Positions 9,571-19,598 of a stretch of DNA of 64,000 bases are shown piece by piece. The notes beneath the pieces are model-generated. The model made no database searches. It saw only the letters and a list, made by a program, of their open reading frames with translations, and had not been told where the DNA came from. Source of the stretch: Candidatus Bathyarchaeota archaeon (GTDB taxonomy: Archaea > Thermoproteota > Bathyarchaeia > Bathyarchaeales > Bathycorpusculaceae). The translations under genes and the position numbers were made by a program. Where the stretch lies: assembly GCA_963768425.1 (NCBI GenBank), contig CAVYHV010000006.1, forward strand, positions 128,001-192,000, written 5' to 3'. How positions within the stretch are numbered: position 1 is the first letter of the stretch; each line of letters starts with the position of its first letter.

Positions 9571-10254
9571 ATGCTTAGATGTGCTTTACTCGCGGTTGCC
9601 ATAGCTCTGTTGGCAGTCAGCCCGATTCTTGCCGTAGCTTTCGCCCAGAGCAGTGTGGTTGGTGTCAAAGCAGGCGATTGGATACGCTACTCAGTGAAGG
9701 AGACAGGTATTCCGATCTCAGAGTACAACATTACATGGGCGACAATGAACATTACAGCAGTCAACGGGGAAGTCATAACCGTCAATGTTCTAACCCAATA
9801 CGGCAACGGAACCCTGCTTTCGGAACCCGGAATAAACCTTAACGTGGCAACAGGCGCAATCGGAGACGGTTTCTTCGTGCCCACTGACCTGAAACCAAGT
9901 GACCGATACTCTACTGAATACGAGGGCATCATAAACATAACCAGCGTCAAGCAAACTCAAGCTGGAGGCGCTCAGCGATCTGTACTTGTGGGCATTACAA
10001 GTCAGAGTGTCTACAACTGGGATAAGCAAACCGGCATCATGGTAGCGGCCACGTCAAACCTGCCCGGCTGTGTGATGCACACCACAACAAGCTCAACTAA
10101 CCTTTGGTCACCCACCCCTCAAATCCTTGGCTTAAGCCAAATTGTAGTCTATGCGCTTGTGCTTTCGATTGTCGGAGTCGCGGCGGTTTTGGCAGGAGCT
10201 GTTTTGCTTCTTGTTCGGCGCAGGAAGAAGGTTTCGTTTGCTCCAACTTCATGA
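9571..10254 (+). CDS. Secreted protein with C-terminal membrane anchor
   Basis: Signal peptide, VGVKAGDWIRY, WDKQTG, TM + RRRKK. Confidence 0.8.
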   Translation: MLRCALLAVAIALLAVSPILAVAFAQSSVVGVKAGDWIRYSVKETGIPISEYNITWATMNITAVNGEVITVNVLTQYGNGTLLSEPGINLNVATGAIGDGFFVPTDLKPSDRYSTEYEGIINITSVKQTQAGGAQRSVLVGITSQSVYNWDKQTGIMVAATSNLPGCVMHTTTSSTNLWSPTPQILGLSQIVVYALVLSIVGVAAVLAGAVLLLVRRRKKVSFAPTS

Positions 10255-10381
10255 ACATTTGTCCTTATCTTCCCCGTTTGCAGCAAGAAAACCTTAGAGC
10301 AAATGACAAGTGATACTTGTGCATAATTTGGTAAAGCCGTGAGAACACCGACGTCGCGATAATTAGCGAAAACAAGAAAGG

Positions 10382-10825
10382 TTGGTGGATTCTCTTGACT
10401 GCTGGGTGAACCAAATGAAAAATTATAGCCGAATCCTCTTGTTGAGAATAAGCTTCTGGCTGGGCGCCGTTATAGATGGCTTTGTGGCTGTGCAGCTTTT
10501 GTTGCCTAACTTCTGGGCTAGTTTCGACGGATTAAAGGCGTATGAGCCCTCGGCTTCACTTAACTTTGCCCTTGGCATCGCCAGCGCGTTAATGTTCGGC
10601 TGGACCTTCTTGCTCATATGGGCAGACAGAAAACCCCTCGAAAGAAAAGGTGTCCTGCTTTTAACCGTAGTCCCCGTAATTTTAGGACTTGTGCTAAACA
10701 ATGTCTTAGCAGTTACCTCTGGATTAAGACCGCTTCAATCCACGCTTCCTGAGTTGGGCCTCCAAGCAGGACTCGTTGTCTTATTCGTGTTTAGCTACCT
10801 TAACGTGCGGCGGGTAACTGAGTAA
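10382..10825 (+). CDS. Four-TM membrane protein
   Basis: Hydrophobic profile; LMFGWTFLLIWADRKPLER motif. Confidence 0.75.
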   Translation: MVDSLDCWVNQMKNYSRILLLRISFWLGAVIDGFVAVQLLLPNFWASFDGLKAYEPSASLNFALGIASALMFGWTFLLIWADRKPLERKGVLLLTVVPVILGLVLNNVLAVTSGLRPLQSTLPELGLQAGLVVLFVFSYLNVRRVTE

Positions 10826-10873
10826 TGCCAAAGCTTATAGGTAGCTTTTCGAATAGGCGAGAATAGAGGAAAC

Positions 10874-12229
10874 TTGCTGAAACATAAGGGAAGAGTTCTT
10901 CGGATTTCAATCTTAATCCTGTTTTGTGTACTGCTTTTCATGTTTGCTGCAGGCTGCTTCCAAGGTTCCACGGCAACCGCGTCTGCTCAGCTTATTTCTT
11001 CACCGAAAGGACCTGTCATCATAGCCAACTTCAACGTGCCAGTTGACCCAGGTGCATCTACTTTTATGGCGCGTGTTGTCTCAACCGCGCAGGGTGACCA
11101 CGCAGCCGCTATAGTTATTGAAATGAATACTCCTGGCGGATTCGTTAGTGACATGCAATCTATTGTTAACTCCATAAAGGCGGCGAATTCAACTGGCATT
11201 CCAACTTACACTTTCGTTGTGCCCGACGGCTTTGGGGCTTCCGCCGGCAGCTACATAGCCATGGCTTGTAACAGGATTCTTATGGCTCCCGGCTCAGCTA
11301 TCGGGCCGAGCACACCTATAGTCGTAGGCGGCACAGCCTTAGAGCAAAACCACACGCAAGCTTTTTTCCTCAGCTACATGCAAGCCTTGGCTGCGGAGTG
11401 GGGACGCAACACCACCGCCGTCTATTACATGGTGCAATCTGACGAGGCATTTTCAGCGACTCAAGCAGTCGAATTCCACGTAGCCGACGGAACAGCAAAC
11501 TCTCTGTCTAACGCAATTAACCAGCTTGGATTATCTGGGAACCCTCAGACCACGCTTGGCGAAAACTTTTACGAGCAGCTACTCAGTGCCCTAAGCAACA
11601 CTCTTCTGGACGGCATCCTCTTCCTTATAGGAATTGTTGCAATCGTACTTGACTTCTTCCACCCCACAATCGTGCTCACCATTTTGGGCGTCATCGCGAT
11701 CGTTGCAGGCTTGGTTGGGGCAGAAGTGGTGGGTGCCTCGCTACTTGGAATAATCATTTTAATCGTGGCGGCAGCGCTTATCGTTTTGGAACTCAAGCTT
11801 GGTCACGGCTTCGCACTTATGGCCGGGGTCCTTCTCGGAGCTATCGGAATCTACTTCCTCTCATTCAACCTTCAATACTCGCCCTCCCCAATAGGCAACT
11901 TAGCAATTCTTGAGCTCAGCCTGATTGTTATATTCGGGGTGCTCGCGGGACTATACATCCGATGGGTTATCGGGCCAATCAGGCGACGCACTAAACTCAC
12001 AGGCGCCGAAGCTTTGATAGGTAAAACAGGTCTCGCCATCACGGAATTGAAACCCAGGGGCGAAGTCAGGGTCGAAGGGGTCATCTGGCGTGCCCAAACG
12101 TTGTCAGGCGAAATCGAAAAAGGCGAGCGGATCACAGTTAAAGCAATGAAGGGTCTTGTGCTGACGGTTGAGAAATTTCAAGAAGCCGAGAGTCAACCAT
12201 CGATAAATAGCCAAACAGGAATGAAATAG
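10874..12229 (+). CDS. nfeD: Long-form NfeD: ClpP-like serine protease domain, TM domain, OB fold
   Basis: NTPGG, ASAGSYI, GRN, TGAEALIG...GEVRVEGVIWRA. Confidence 0.9.
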   Translation: MLKHKGRVLRISILILFCVLLFMFAAGCFQGSTATASAQLISSPKGPVIIANFNVPVDPGASTFMARVVSTAQGDHAAAIVIEMNTPGGFVSDMQSIVNSIKAANSTGIPTYTFVVPDGFGASAGSYIAMACNRILMAPGSAIGPSTPIVVGGTALEQNHTQAFFLSYMQALAAEWGRNTTAVYYMVQSDEAFSATQAVEFHVADGTANSLSNAINQLGLSGNPQTTLGENFYEQLLSALSNTLLDGILFLIGIVAIVLDFFHPTIVLTILGVIAIVAGLVGAEVVGASLLGIIILIVAAALIVLELKLGHGFALMAGVLLGAIGIYFLSFNLQYSPSPIGNLAILELSLIVIFGVLAGLYIRWVIGPIRRRTKLTGAEALIGKTGLAITELKPRGEVRVEGVIWRAQTLSGEIEKGERITVKAMKGLVLTVEKFQEAESQPSINSQTGMK

Positions 12230-12300
12230 CCAAACCGTCGATTTTCCACAAGTTCGGATAATCTAATATACCTTGCCATCAGGTATAATTTTCATTACTG

Positions 12301-14697
12301 ATGCTGATGAACAAGCACGTTTGGTTTTTCTTTGTTCTTGTTTCCATTATTCTATTCCTATCTTGTTTCCCGCCGGCAAGGTCAACTGCACCAGCCAATC
12401 CAGGTATTGATTCTTGGACGATGTTTCTTCATGATTCAAGTCATACTGGCACATCAGATAACGAAGCATCAGCGAATTCCGCTCAGCTCCTATGGAACGC
12501 GACAGTCATGGATTCTGTTGTGTCTTCTCCAGCGGTAGCGGATGGCAACGTCTTTGTAGGCTGCAATGACGGAGCCATTTATTGTCACAGCGCCTCCACT
12601 GGCAAACTGGTATGGTTCTTCTACCAAAACAAAACCGAAATGATGTCTTCCCCAGCCGTAAACGATGGGTACGTCTACGTGGGTTGCAACAACGGGAACC
12701 TCTACGCGTTAAACGAAAGCAACGGCGACAAACTTTGGAATTTCACTACGGGCGGATGGGTTGGTTCATCTCCAGCTGTTGCCGACGGCGCGGTCTACTT
12801 TGGGTCCCGCGACGGGAACATCTACGCTTTGAATGCGGAATCGGGTGCTTTGCTTTGGAGTTTCCAGACGGGCAGCGAAGTTGAATCGTCTCCAGCAATC
12901 TCGGACGGTGTGGTCTACTGTGGGTCGGACAACTTTTTTGTTTACGCACTCAACGAATCCACTGGAAAAGAGCTGTGGACGGCGCCAACTGGAACAACCA
13001 TTTCTTCTCCCAGCCTGAGCAATGGCTATGTGTACGTAGGCTCTTATGACGGCTATGTCTGCTGCCTAAATGCATCTACGGGCGCAAAAATCTGGAAATA
13101 TCAAACTGCTGACTCCGTAGTTTCTTCGCCAACCCTCGGATACGGTTTCGTCTTTTTCGGCTCTGAAGACAATAGGGTCTATTGCCTTAACGCCTCAACG
13201 GGCAGCAGGGTTTGGAGTTGCCCAACTGGATACTGGGTCACCTCTTCTCCGGCAGTTGCAGGGGGCAACGTATACGTGGGCTCTGAAGACGACAACATCT
13301 ACTGCCTAAACGCCACAACAGGAGCTAAAGAATGGGTTTTCCAAACAGGGAGCTACGTAGAATCTTCTCCAGCCATAGTAAACAATACGCTTTACGTTGG
13401 ATCCGATGACGCCCACATCTACGCTCTAACTCTATTGAACTCAAGCTCCAGAACACTCCCAGTGCAATCCCCATCCTCTTTGCATTCAGCTACGATTATC
13501 CTTGATGCTGCAGCGTGCGTGGTCGGCGTTTTGATTGCCTTCTCAGGCTTCCTGTTTGTACGCTCAATTAGACGCGCCAAACGTACCGCTCAACCCGAAG
13601 ATGCTTCAGGTGAGAAATTGTCTTGGCTGGCAAGGCACGTTGACGCGGTTTGTGTCCTATTAATTCTGGCTTTTTCAACCCTTTTCTTCGTTAATTTAGG
13701 CAGCGGGCATCTCATCGCTGCTGATGAACAAACGTATTCCCAATGGACTTATCACATGATTAAGACAGGTGACTACTTCACGCCCTGGGCTTACGGCAGC
13801 CTCTTCTGGATAGGCAAACCGCCGCTTGTCATGTGGCTCATGTCCCTTTCCTACCAGGTCTTCGGGGTAACCAATTTCGCCGCAAGAATCTGGAGCGCAA
13901 TATTCGGCACTCTATCCCTAATAGTCATCTACTATTTCGGAAAGAAACTCTACAACCCCTACGTTGGGTTCCTGTCAGCGCTTGTGTTAGGCTCATTCGC
14001 AACTTTCTACGCGTTTGCAAGACTCGCGATGACCGACATTCCCCTAGTCTTCTTTATCCTGGGCAGCATGTACTTCTTTGTTTCAAGCGAAAAAACGGAA
14101 AACCACAACAACCGAAACGCAGCCCTAAGCGGATTATTCTTCGGGTTAGCATTGATGACAAAACAGGTGGAAGCCCTGTTGGTCCCCATAATTTTGTTCT
14201 TTTATCTTTTAGCGACAAGGAAAAACTTTCGGTTTGTCTTCACGAAAAGCTTTACGCTTTTCTGGGGAGTTGGTCTTCTGCTTTTTTCTCCCTGGCTAAT
14301 CTACATGGCTATTCGGTTCGGGTCACAGTTCTGGCAATGGTACTTTGTCTACAACGGCATTTCAAGGTCCGTTGGAACCGTAGAAAACCACGTCGGAAAC
14401 TACCTCTTCTACTTCAACTACATAGCCCACACCGAAAGCCCATATTTAGTAGCCATTTTGCCTTTCGCAACTATCCTCTGCCTCTTCAACAGCGTTTGGA
14501 AGCGCATCAAAGAGGACACATTGATTTTCTTATGGATCGCAATTGTGCTATCAATTTTCACTGTGGCCCAGACGAAACTTGAATGGTACATAATCCCCGT
14601 TTTTCCAGCTTTCGCAATCGCCATTAGCAGCCTCATTTATCAAGTGGGGAAGAAAGTCTACAATTTGGCAAGGAAAGTGGCTTCCCAATTACCGTAA
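12301..14697 (+). CDS. Fusion of PQQ-like (BamB-type) beta-propeller and ArnT/PMT-type GT-C glycosyltransferase
   Basis: Eight SSP...VYVGS.D..VY.LNA.TG..W repeats, then DE..Y, KPPL..WL, AR..SA.FG, D..LVFF, K..WYIIP.FPA. Confidence 0.88.
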   Translation: MLMNKHVWFFFVLVSIILFLSCFPPARSTAPANPGIDSWTMFLHDSSHTGTSDNEASANSAQLLWNATVMDSVVSSPAVADGNVFVGCNDGAIYCHSASTGKLVWFFYQNKTEMMSSPAVNDGYVYVGCNNGNLYALNESNGDKLWNFTTGGWVGSSPAVADGAVYFGSRDGNIYALNAESGALLWSFQTGSEVESSPAISDGVVYCGSDNFFVYALNESTGKELWTAPTGTTISSPSLSNGYVYVGSYDGYVCCLNASTGAKIWKYQTADSVVSSPTLGYGFVFFGSEDNRVYCLNASTGSRVWSCPTGYWVTSSPAVAGGNVYVGSEDDNIYCLNATTGAKEWVFQTGSYVESSPAIVNNTLYVGSDDAHIYALTLLNSSSRTLPVQSPSSLHSATIILDAAACVVGVLIAFSGFLFVRSIRRAKRTAQPEDASGEKLSWLARHVDAVCVLLILAFSTLFFVNLGSGHLIAADEQTYSQWTYHMIKTGDYFTPWAYGSLFWIGKPPLVMWLMSLSYQVFGVTNFAARIWSAIFGTLSLIVIYYFGKKLYNPYVGFLSALVLGSFATFYAFARLAMTDIPLVFFILGSMYFFVSSEKTENHNNRNAALSGLFFGLALMTKQVEALLVPIILFFYLLATRKNFRFVFTKSFTLFWGVGLLLFSPWLIYMAIRFGSQFWQWYFVYNGISRSVGTVENHVGNYLFYFNYIAHTESPYLVAILPFATILCLFNSVWKRIKEDTLIFLWIAIVLSIFTVAQTKLEWYIIPVFPAFAIAISSLIYQVGKKVYNLARKVASQLP

Positions 14698-14711
14698 GGT
14701 TGCTAAAGTAG

Positions 14712-15650
14712 CTAAAATTTTCTGGGTTTGCGATTGTATAGCACAGTTGCCAGCTCAAGAATTGACAATGCCGCAATCGAGTATAGCGGAATCCAATCGT
14801 ACAAGAACATCTGCGACACAACGGAGGCATTTAGCTCCGTTGACAAAAACGAGAAGCCCACGCCATTGTAGAGGAAGAATGGCAGATTTGTGGCAGCAAG
14901 AAAAGCAGCCGTTCCACCTATGAATTTCCAAAGCGAGCCCCTATTGTACCACAGCAGAAGAGGCACCGCAAACAGAGCCACTCTTGGGTCGAACGCTCCG
15001 AAAGCGAACAGCAAAGCTGATAGCCACGGTTTTTTTGCGAACCCAAAGTAGATGGCGCCTACCAGAAAGAATGTTTGGAGTATGTGGGCATTTACCAGTA
15101 GGTACCCGCAATAGTAGCTTGGCGAGAAGGTTTGGACATGCAGGCTAAGCATGCGGTAATGGAAGAAACCCGCGATGGAGTAGCTTGCAGAAGGCGCAAC
15201 GAGGATGGGGTCAACCAAAACAATCACGGAGGCAGCGATCCCCGCAAAGAGGTTTTTGCCTTTTATTAACATAAAGACAAAGAAAGCCAAAGGCAGCATT
15301 AAGAGAAATTGTACTGTGTCAAAAGCGTTAAGTGCGTTCTGGTAGCTTAAGGCGAGGAAAGGCGAGAAAAGTATCAGAAAAGAAGGAGTGTACTTGAAGG
15401 GTTGCGCCTGCCCCTGAATCTGGTAATCGCCTGGTTGGACGCTGGGGGAGTAAACTTGGGTTGGATTATGAAGAAGCCGCCATCCACCCATGTAATAGGC
15501 TGAAAAATCTCGCGCCAACGTGGCTGATTCGGGCTTAAAAGTTTGAGGATAAGCATAGGCGAATATGCTGAAGTTCAGGAAAACCAATAAGGCAATAACG
15601 GAAATGGTCGCCGTCTTCTTGGATAACACGAGCTTCATTTGCTTCCCCAT
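14712..15650 (-). CDS. GT87-like (DUF2029) membrane glycosyltransferase
   Basis: RDFSAYY, PFKYTPSFLILFSPF, multiple TMs. Confidence 0.65.
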   Translation of the reverse strand: MGKQMKLVLSKKTATISVIALLVFLNFSIFAYAYPQTFKPESATLARDFSAYYMGGWRLLHNPTQVYSPSVQPGDYQIQGQAQPFKYTPSFLILFSPFLALSYQNALNAFDTVQFLLMLPLAFFVFMLIKGKNLFAGIAASVIVLVDPILVAPSASYSIAGFFHYRMLSLHVQTFSPSYYCGYLLVNAHILQTFFLVGAIYFGFAKKPWLSALLFAFGAFDPRVALFAVPLLLWYNRGSLWKFIGGTAAFLAATNLPFFLYNGVGFSFLSTELNASVVSQMFLYDWIPLYSIAALSILELATVLYNRKPRKF

Positions 15651-15866
15651 GGGAGGAGCGACGACTCTGTTTATCTTACGATTTATCCTTTGCGGTAAAC
15701 TCCCTAAACCACCAGAAACCCATAGAGAAAGGATGTTTTACCAAAAACGTTCAATTTTTCGGTTAAGCACCAAAAACCCTCCGTTAACGCGAGGTAGGCT
15801 TCACAGAAAACCTTTAATCGCAGAAAATTTCTGTTCCCTCTAAACATTCAAGGAGAAAAATTTGAA

Positions 15867-16028
15867 ATGTCAACATCCCAAGAACCAAACACTATCCCAA
15901 ACACCGCAAGCAACGAGCAGATTGCACGATTGGAAAAAGCATTGAGGAGGTCCGAACTGCTAACCTACGCAGCGGCAGGTCTTGGAATAGTCCTTCTCGC
16001 CGTCATAATTTTGATCTCCCTACTGTAA
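15867..16028 (+). CDS. 53-aa tail-anchored microprotein
   Basis: AGGAG upstream; MSTSQEPNTIPNTASNEQIARLEKALRRSELLTYAAAGLGIVLLAVIILISLL. Confidence 0.6.
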   Translation: MSTSQEPNTIPNTASNEQIARLEKALRRSELLTYAAAGLGIVLLAVIILISLL

Positions 16029-16071
16029 ATTGGGCGAAAGAAAAAAACAAATTCGTGGGAAGGTGAAAGTA

Positions 16072-16176
16072 ATGGACGACGCTATTGAACGGACAATTAA
16101 GAGAGTGGAGCGGTTAAACAGAATCCTTACGGTTGCCGTTATTGTGGAACTTGTAGTTCTGATACTTTTCATTTAA
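16072..16176 (+). CDS. 34-aa tail-anchored microprotein
   Basis: AGGTGA upstream; MDDAIERTIKRVERLNRILTVAVIVELVVLILFI. Confidence 0.55.
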   Translation: MDDAIERTIKRVERLNRILTVAVIVELVVLILFI

Positions 16177-16314
16177 TTTCACAATTCGAGTTTTCCTTGG
16201 TAAAGGTAGACTCTGTTGACTTCAATGTGGGCAAAATATATAGGTAGCAAACGAAAGATGACATTAATGAGAGTTCTGGATGTAGATAAAAAGTGACTAG
16301 AGGATGTTAGAAAA

Positions 16315-16644
16315 ATGGTGTTTGAAAAAGTCGCTGAAACCGGGGAAATATCTCCTGGACAAATGAAAACCGTCAAGGTTGGAGCAGAGGAAGTTTTGGT
16401 TGCAAATGTGGACGGCGTGTTTTACGCACTTGGAAATGTTTGCACTCATGAAGGCGGAAAACTTTCCCAGGGAACCTTGCAAAAAACTACAGTTACCTGC
16501 CCTAAGCACAAAGCCCAATTTGACATAACAACAGGCAAAGTAGTTTCCGCCCCAAAAATTCTATTTATGCATCCCAAAATCAACAATGGAATCCCTTACA
16601 CGGTCAAAGTTGAAGGGACAGCCATTCTGATTGAGCAAAAATAA
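16315..16644 (+). CDS. Rieske [2Fe-2S] ferredoxin
   Basis: CTH...CPKH motifs, FDITTG. Confidence 0.92.
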   Translation: MVFEKVAETGEISPGQMKTVKVGAEEVLVANVDGVFYALGNVCTHEGGKLSQGTLQKTTVTCPKHKAQFDITTGKVVSAPKILFMHPKINNGIPYTVKVEGTAILIEQK

Positions 16645-16721
16645 TACTTTTCTGCGTTGAAAGTAGAAATGCTAAATCAAAGCAAGAAAAAGGGGATTAG
16701 TATTCTTTAACAAAGTAAAAG

Positions 16722-16794
16722 TAGCCCGGGAGAGATTCGAACTCTCGTCGGAGGGTCCAAAGCCCTCTATGCTTGACCACTACACCACCGGGCT
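16722..16794 (-). tRNA. tRNA-Gln(TTG), intronless, CCA not encoded
   Basis: AGCCCGG acceptor stem, anticodon arm GAGGG-CTTTGGA-CCCTC, T-arm GAGAG-TTCGAAT-CTCTC. Confidence 0.97.
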
Positions 16795-16897
16795 GCTGAC
16801 TCTTTTTGTTCGGTGCTACCGTCTAAGGACGATTTTTTTCCTAATAAGCGTTCTTGCAATTCCAAAGAATACATGCATTGAATCCGATGGTTAGCTG

Positions 16898-18031
16898 TTA
16901 GCCGACTAATTTCTTCAGCCCGGGTACCTTTTTCAACCCGACAATTATTCCAAGGCTGACAAACAGGACGATGACTGTGTTGAGTGGAACACCGACTACG
17001 GAGTTGATTGTGTTGCCGTTAATGGCGAAGCCCAAATAGCCTTTCTGAATGGTTTCAAGCACCATCACGTGGAACAGGTAAAGCGCCAACGTGTTAACGC
17101 TAATCAGCCTAAGCAGCTTTCTTCCCTTTGATTCGCAGGGCGGTTCTGCGCATATTTCTTTAGGTTTAAAATCGGTTTCTGGGTCAGAGGGCACCGCGAA
17201 GGCTTGAGCCGAAGTTGGCGACTGAACTACAATTAGCAGTAGAAACAGCGAGGCGGCTGCAAAAATCAATGTTGGACTAAGATACCCTTGGAAGAAATAC
17301 ATTTCCGTTCCGCCTACCGTCGCCGCTATGACGTAGGTTCCGATCGCCGTCAAGGCAACTCCTACAGCTGTGTAAAGGGCAAGTTTTGATCGGCTAATTT
17401 GAACAGTCAGCAGATAGGCGCCTAAGATAAAGTATCCAACGTACCCAGTAATCGTCAGAACGTTGGTGTCCAAATGTAATGGGGTAACCAGGGCGATCGT
17501 TGGCACAATTGCGGCGCCAAGGAACCACAGAATCAAAATGTATTTGATTAGGTCCCGGCTTGCATGCGCCATGACCACGCGTAAGATTGGTGTGATTAAG
17601 TAAAGTCCCAAGAGTAGGTAGAGGTACCAAAACTGGTAGTAAGGTCCAGTCAATACGCCTTGAATGATGCTGTTTGTGGTTATTGGTTGGTTGTTGATTT
17701 TATTTACGACAAGGAAGTCCCAAGCAAAGTAGATGGCGCCCCAAAAAATGAAGGGCAACCCGATTCGAGCAACCCTTTTTTTGAAGAATACTCCGATGGG
17801 CTCGGTGAGTTTGCTTGGTTGAAGTAGAAGGGCACCTGTCAAGAGCAGGAAAAGTGGCACTCCCAGTCGCCCGATGCTTTGGTAAACGGTTACGGTGTTC
17901 CATCGGACTATTTCAAACCAATTCATCTGTTGACTGGTCAAGTCGTTGGCAGCGTGGAGAAGGATGACTCCTACAATTGCCACTGTTCGAATAACGTCCA
18001 CTGGAACGTAAAAGCCCCTCTCCTTAGACAA
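16898..18031 (-). CDS. Acyltransferase-3 family (OafA/WecH-like) O-acyltransferase
   Basis: D..R..AI.GVILLH, VPLF...G, FFKKR..RI..PF, WYL, YLFH. Confidence 0.9.
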   Translation of the reverse strand: MSKERGFYVPVDVIRTVAIVGVILLHAANDLTSQQMNWFEIVRWNTVTVYQSIGRLGVPLFLLLTGALLLQPSKLTEPIGVFFKKRVARIGLPFIFWGAIYFAWDFLVVNKINNQPITTNSIIQGVLTGPYYQFWYLYLLLGLYLITPILRVVMAHASRDLIKYILILWFLGAAIVPTIALVTPLHLDTNVLTITGYVGYFILGAYLLTVQISRSKLALYTAVGVALTAIGTYVIAATVGGTEMYFFQGYLSPTLIFAAASLFLLLIVVQSPTSAQAFAVPSDPETDFKPKEICAEPPCESKGRKLLRLISVNTLALYLFHVMVLETIQKGYLGFAINGNTINSVVGVPLNTVIVLFVSLGIIVGLKKVPGLKKLVG

Positions 18032-18194
18032 ATTTTCCCCTTTCTGCCCTAAATGTATCCGTTTATGAGCGATTTAACCTAAATAAGGGTTAAGCTACGA
18101 AAGCTTATTTTGACTGGAAGATGTCTTGAGGTGTTTTTGGAGAAAACTTATATTCAAGGTTGGATAATCCAGCCAGCTATGGGGGTAATGAACA

Positions 18195-19499
18195 ATCAAC
18201 CACAAAAAACTCACAATTCTACTGGCGCTTCTGTGTTTATCGACGTTTTCTGCTCTTGGACCAAAAGTTAATGCCCAACAGTCTTCCGTGGACTGGTCGC
18301 CTACCTTCCACCACGATCTATCACACGCGGGATACTCCACTTCAATTGTGCCACTGACAAACAAGACACTTTGGATTTTCCCGACAGAAAACTCACTTGA
18401 GTATCTTTCGCCTGCAGTTTTGAATGGTGTGGTATACGTCGGTTCAGATGACGACTATGTTTATGCCCTAAACGCTGCGACTGGTGCCAAAATTTGGAGT
18501 TACGCGACGGGCAGCGCAGTGGAGGATTCTCCTGCGGTCGCCAGCGGCGTCGTTTACATAGGCTCCGACGACAATTATGTTTATGCTTTGAACGCTTCCA
18601 CTGGCAGCAAATTGTGGAGCTTTGGAACAGGCGGTGAAGTGTATTCCTCACCCACCGTTGCGGATGGAGTGGTTTATGTGGGCTCAAATGACTTCAACGT
18701 TTATGCGCTGAATGCGTTGACTGGCGAAAAGATTTGGAGTTACGTAACAGGAAACTATGTGTATTCTTCACCTGCCGTCGTTGATGGCGTGGTCTACGTT
18801 GACTCTTACGTCGACGTTTATGCCCTGAGTGCTTCAACCGGCGGCAAAATTTGGAGCTATGCGGCTGGCGGTCCCACGTATTCTTCCCCAGATATCGTTA
18901 ACAGCGTGGTCTACACGGGATCAAACAATCATGTTTACGCTTTGAGTATTGCAACTGGCTCCAAAATATGGAGCTACGCAACTGGCGGCGTCATAGAATC
19001 TTCACCCGCGGTCGCCAACGGCTTAGTCTACATTGGCTCCGACGACGACAACGTTTATGCATTGAACGCTTCAAGCGGGACCAAAATGTGGAACTTCTCA
19101 ACTGGCAATATCGTGGATTCTTCTCCTTTTGTGGTCAACGGCGTGGTTTGCTTTGGTTCAGAGGACGGTAACGTTTATGCTTTGAACGCGGCCACGGGAG
19201 GCAAGATTTGGAGTTTCGCGACCGATAGTGCCGTGGAGTCTTCTCCGTCGATTGTCAACGGCGTAGTCTACGTGGGCTCAGACGACAACAAAGTGTACGC
19301 CTTCGGCTCAATTACAGCTCCGCAACCCTCGCCCCAAGTGCCTTCTCCGACACCTTCAGCGACCTCCGCTTCCCAAAAACCTTTGACCTCTGCAATCAGT
19401 GCAGATTCCCTTTTCATCATCGTCGGCATCGTCGCGCTATTGATCGTAGTCTTAGTTGTTGCGCTTCGTTTCAGAGGAAATCGCATCAAAAAGGATTGA
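18195..19499 (+). CDS. PQQ-like beta-propeller surface protein; start uncertain (ATC at 18195, or frameshift from ATG 18188)
   Basis: Eight SSP.V..GVVYVGS.D repeats; signal peptide KLTILLALLCLSTFSA in frame upstream of the tracked GTG; Pro/Thr linker + TM. Confidence 0.88.
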   Translation: MNHKKLTILLALLCLSTFSALGPKVNAQQSSVDWSPTFHHDLSHAGYSTSIVPLTNKTLWIFPTENSLEYLSPAVLNGVVYVGSDDDYVYALNAATGAKIWSYATGSAVEDSPAVASGVVYIGSDDNYVYALNASTGSKLWSFGTGGEVYSSPTVADGVVYVGSNDFNVYALNALTGEKIWSYVTGNYVYSSPAVVDGVVYVDSYVDVYALSASTGGKIWSYAAGGPTYSSPDIVNSVVYTGSNNHVYALSIATGSKIWSYATGGVIESSPAVANGLVYIGSDDDNVYALNASSGTKMWNFSTGNIVDSSPFVVNGVVCFGSEDGNVYALNAATGGKIWSFATDSAVESSPSIVNGVVYVGSDDNKVYAFGSITAPQPSPQVPSPTPSATSASQKPLTSAISADSLFIIVGIVALLIVVLVVALRFRGNRIKKD

Positions 19500-19598
19500 T
19501 CCAACCCGAAAAAACAATATGAGATGGCGCAACCCAATAGCTTTTTGTGCGATAAAGCAATAATATACCGGAAGAATAGAGCTGGTTAAAGACAAAGC

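Noticed and set aside
16722-16794. tRNA-Gln as integration site of an island
   Set aside because: No duplicate of the tRNA 3' end and no integrase found in the window
12480-19300. About 120-bp periodicity in the two propeller genes as a DNA repeat array or DGR target
   Set aside because: Explained by protein blade repeats with synonymous divergence; no reverse transcriptase or adenine-specific TR/VR pair seen
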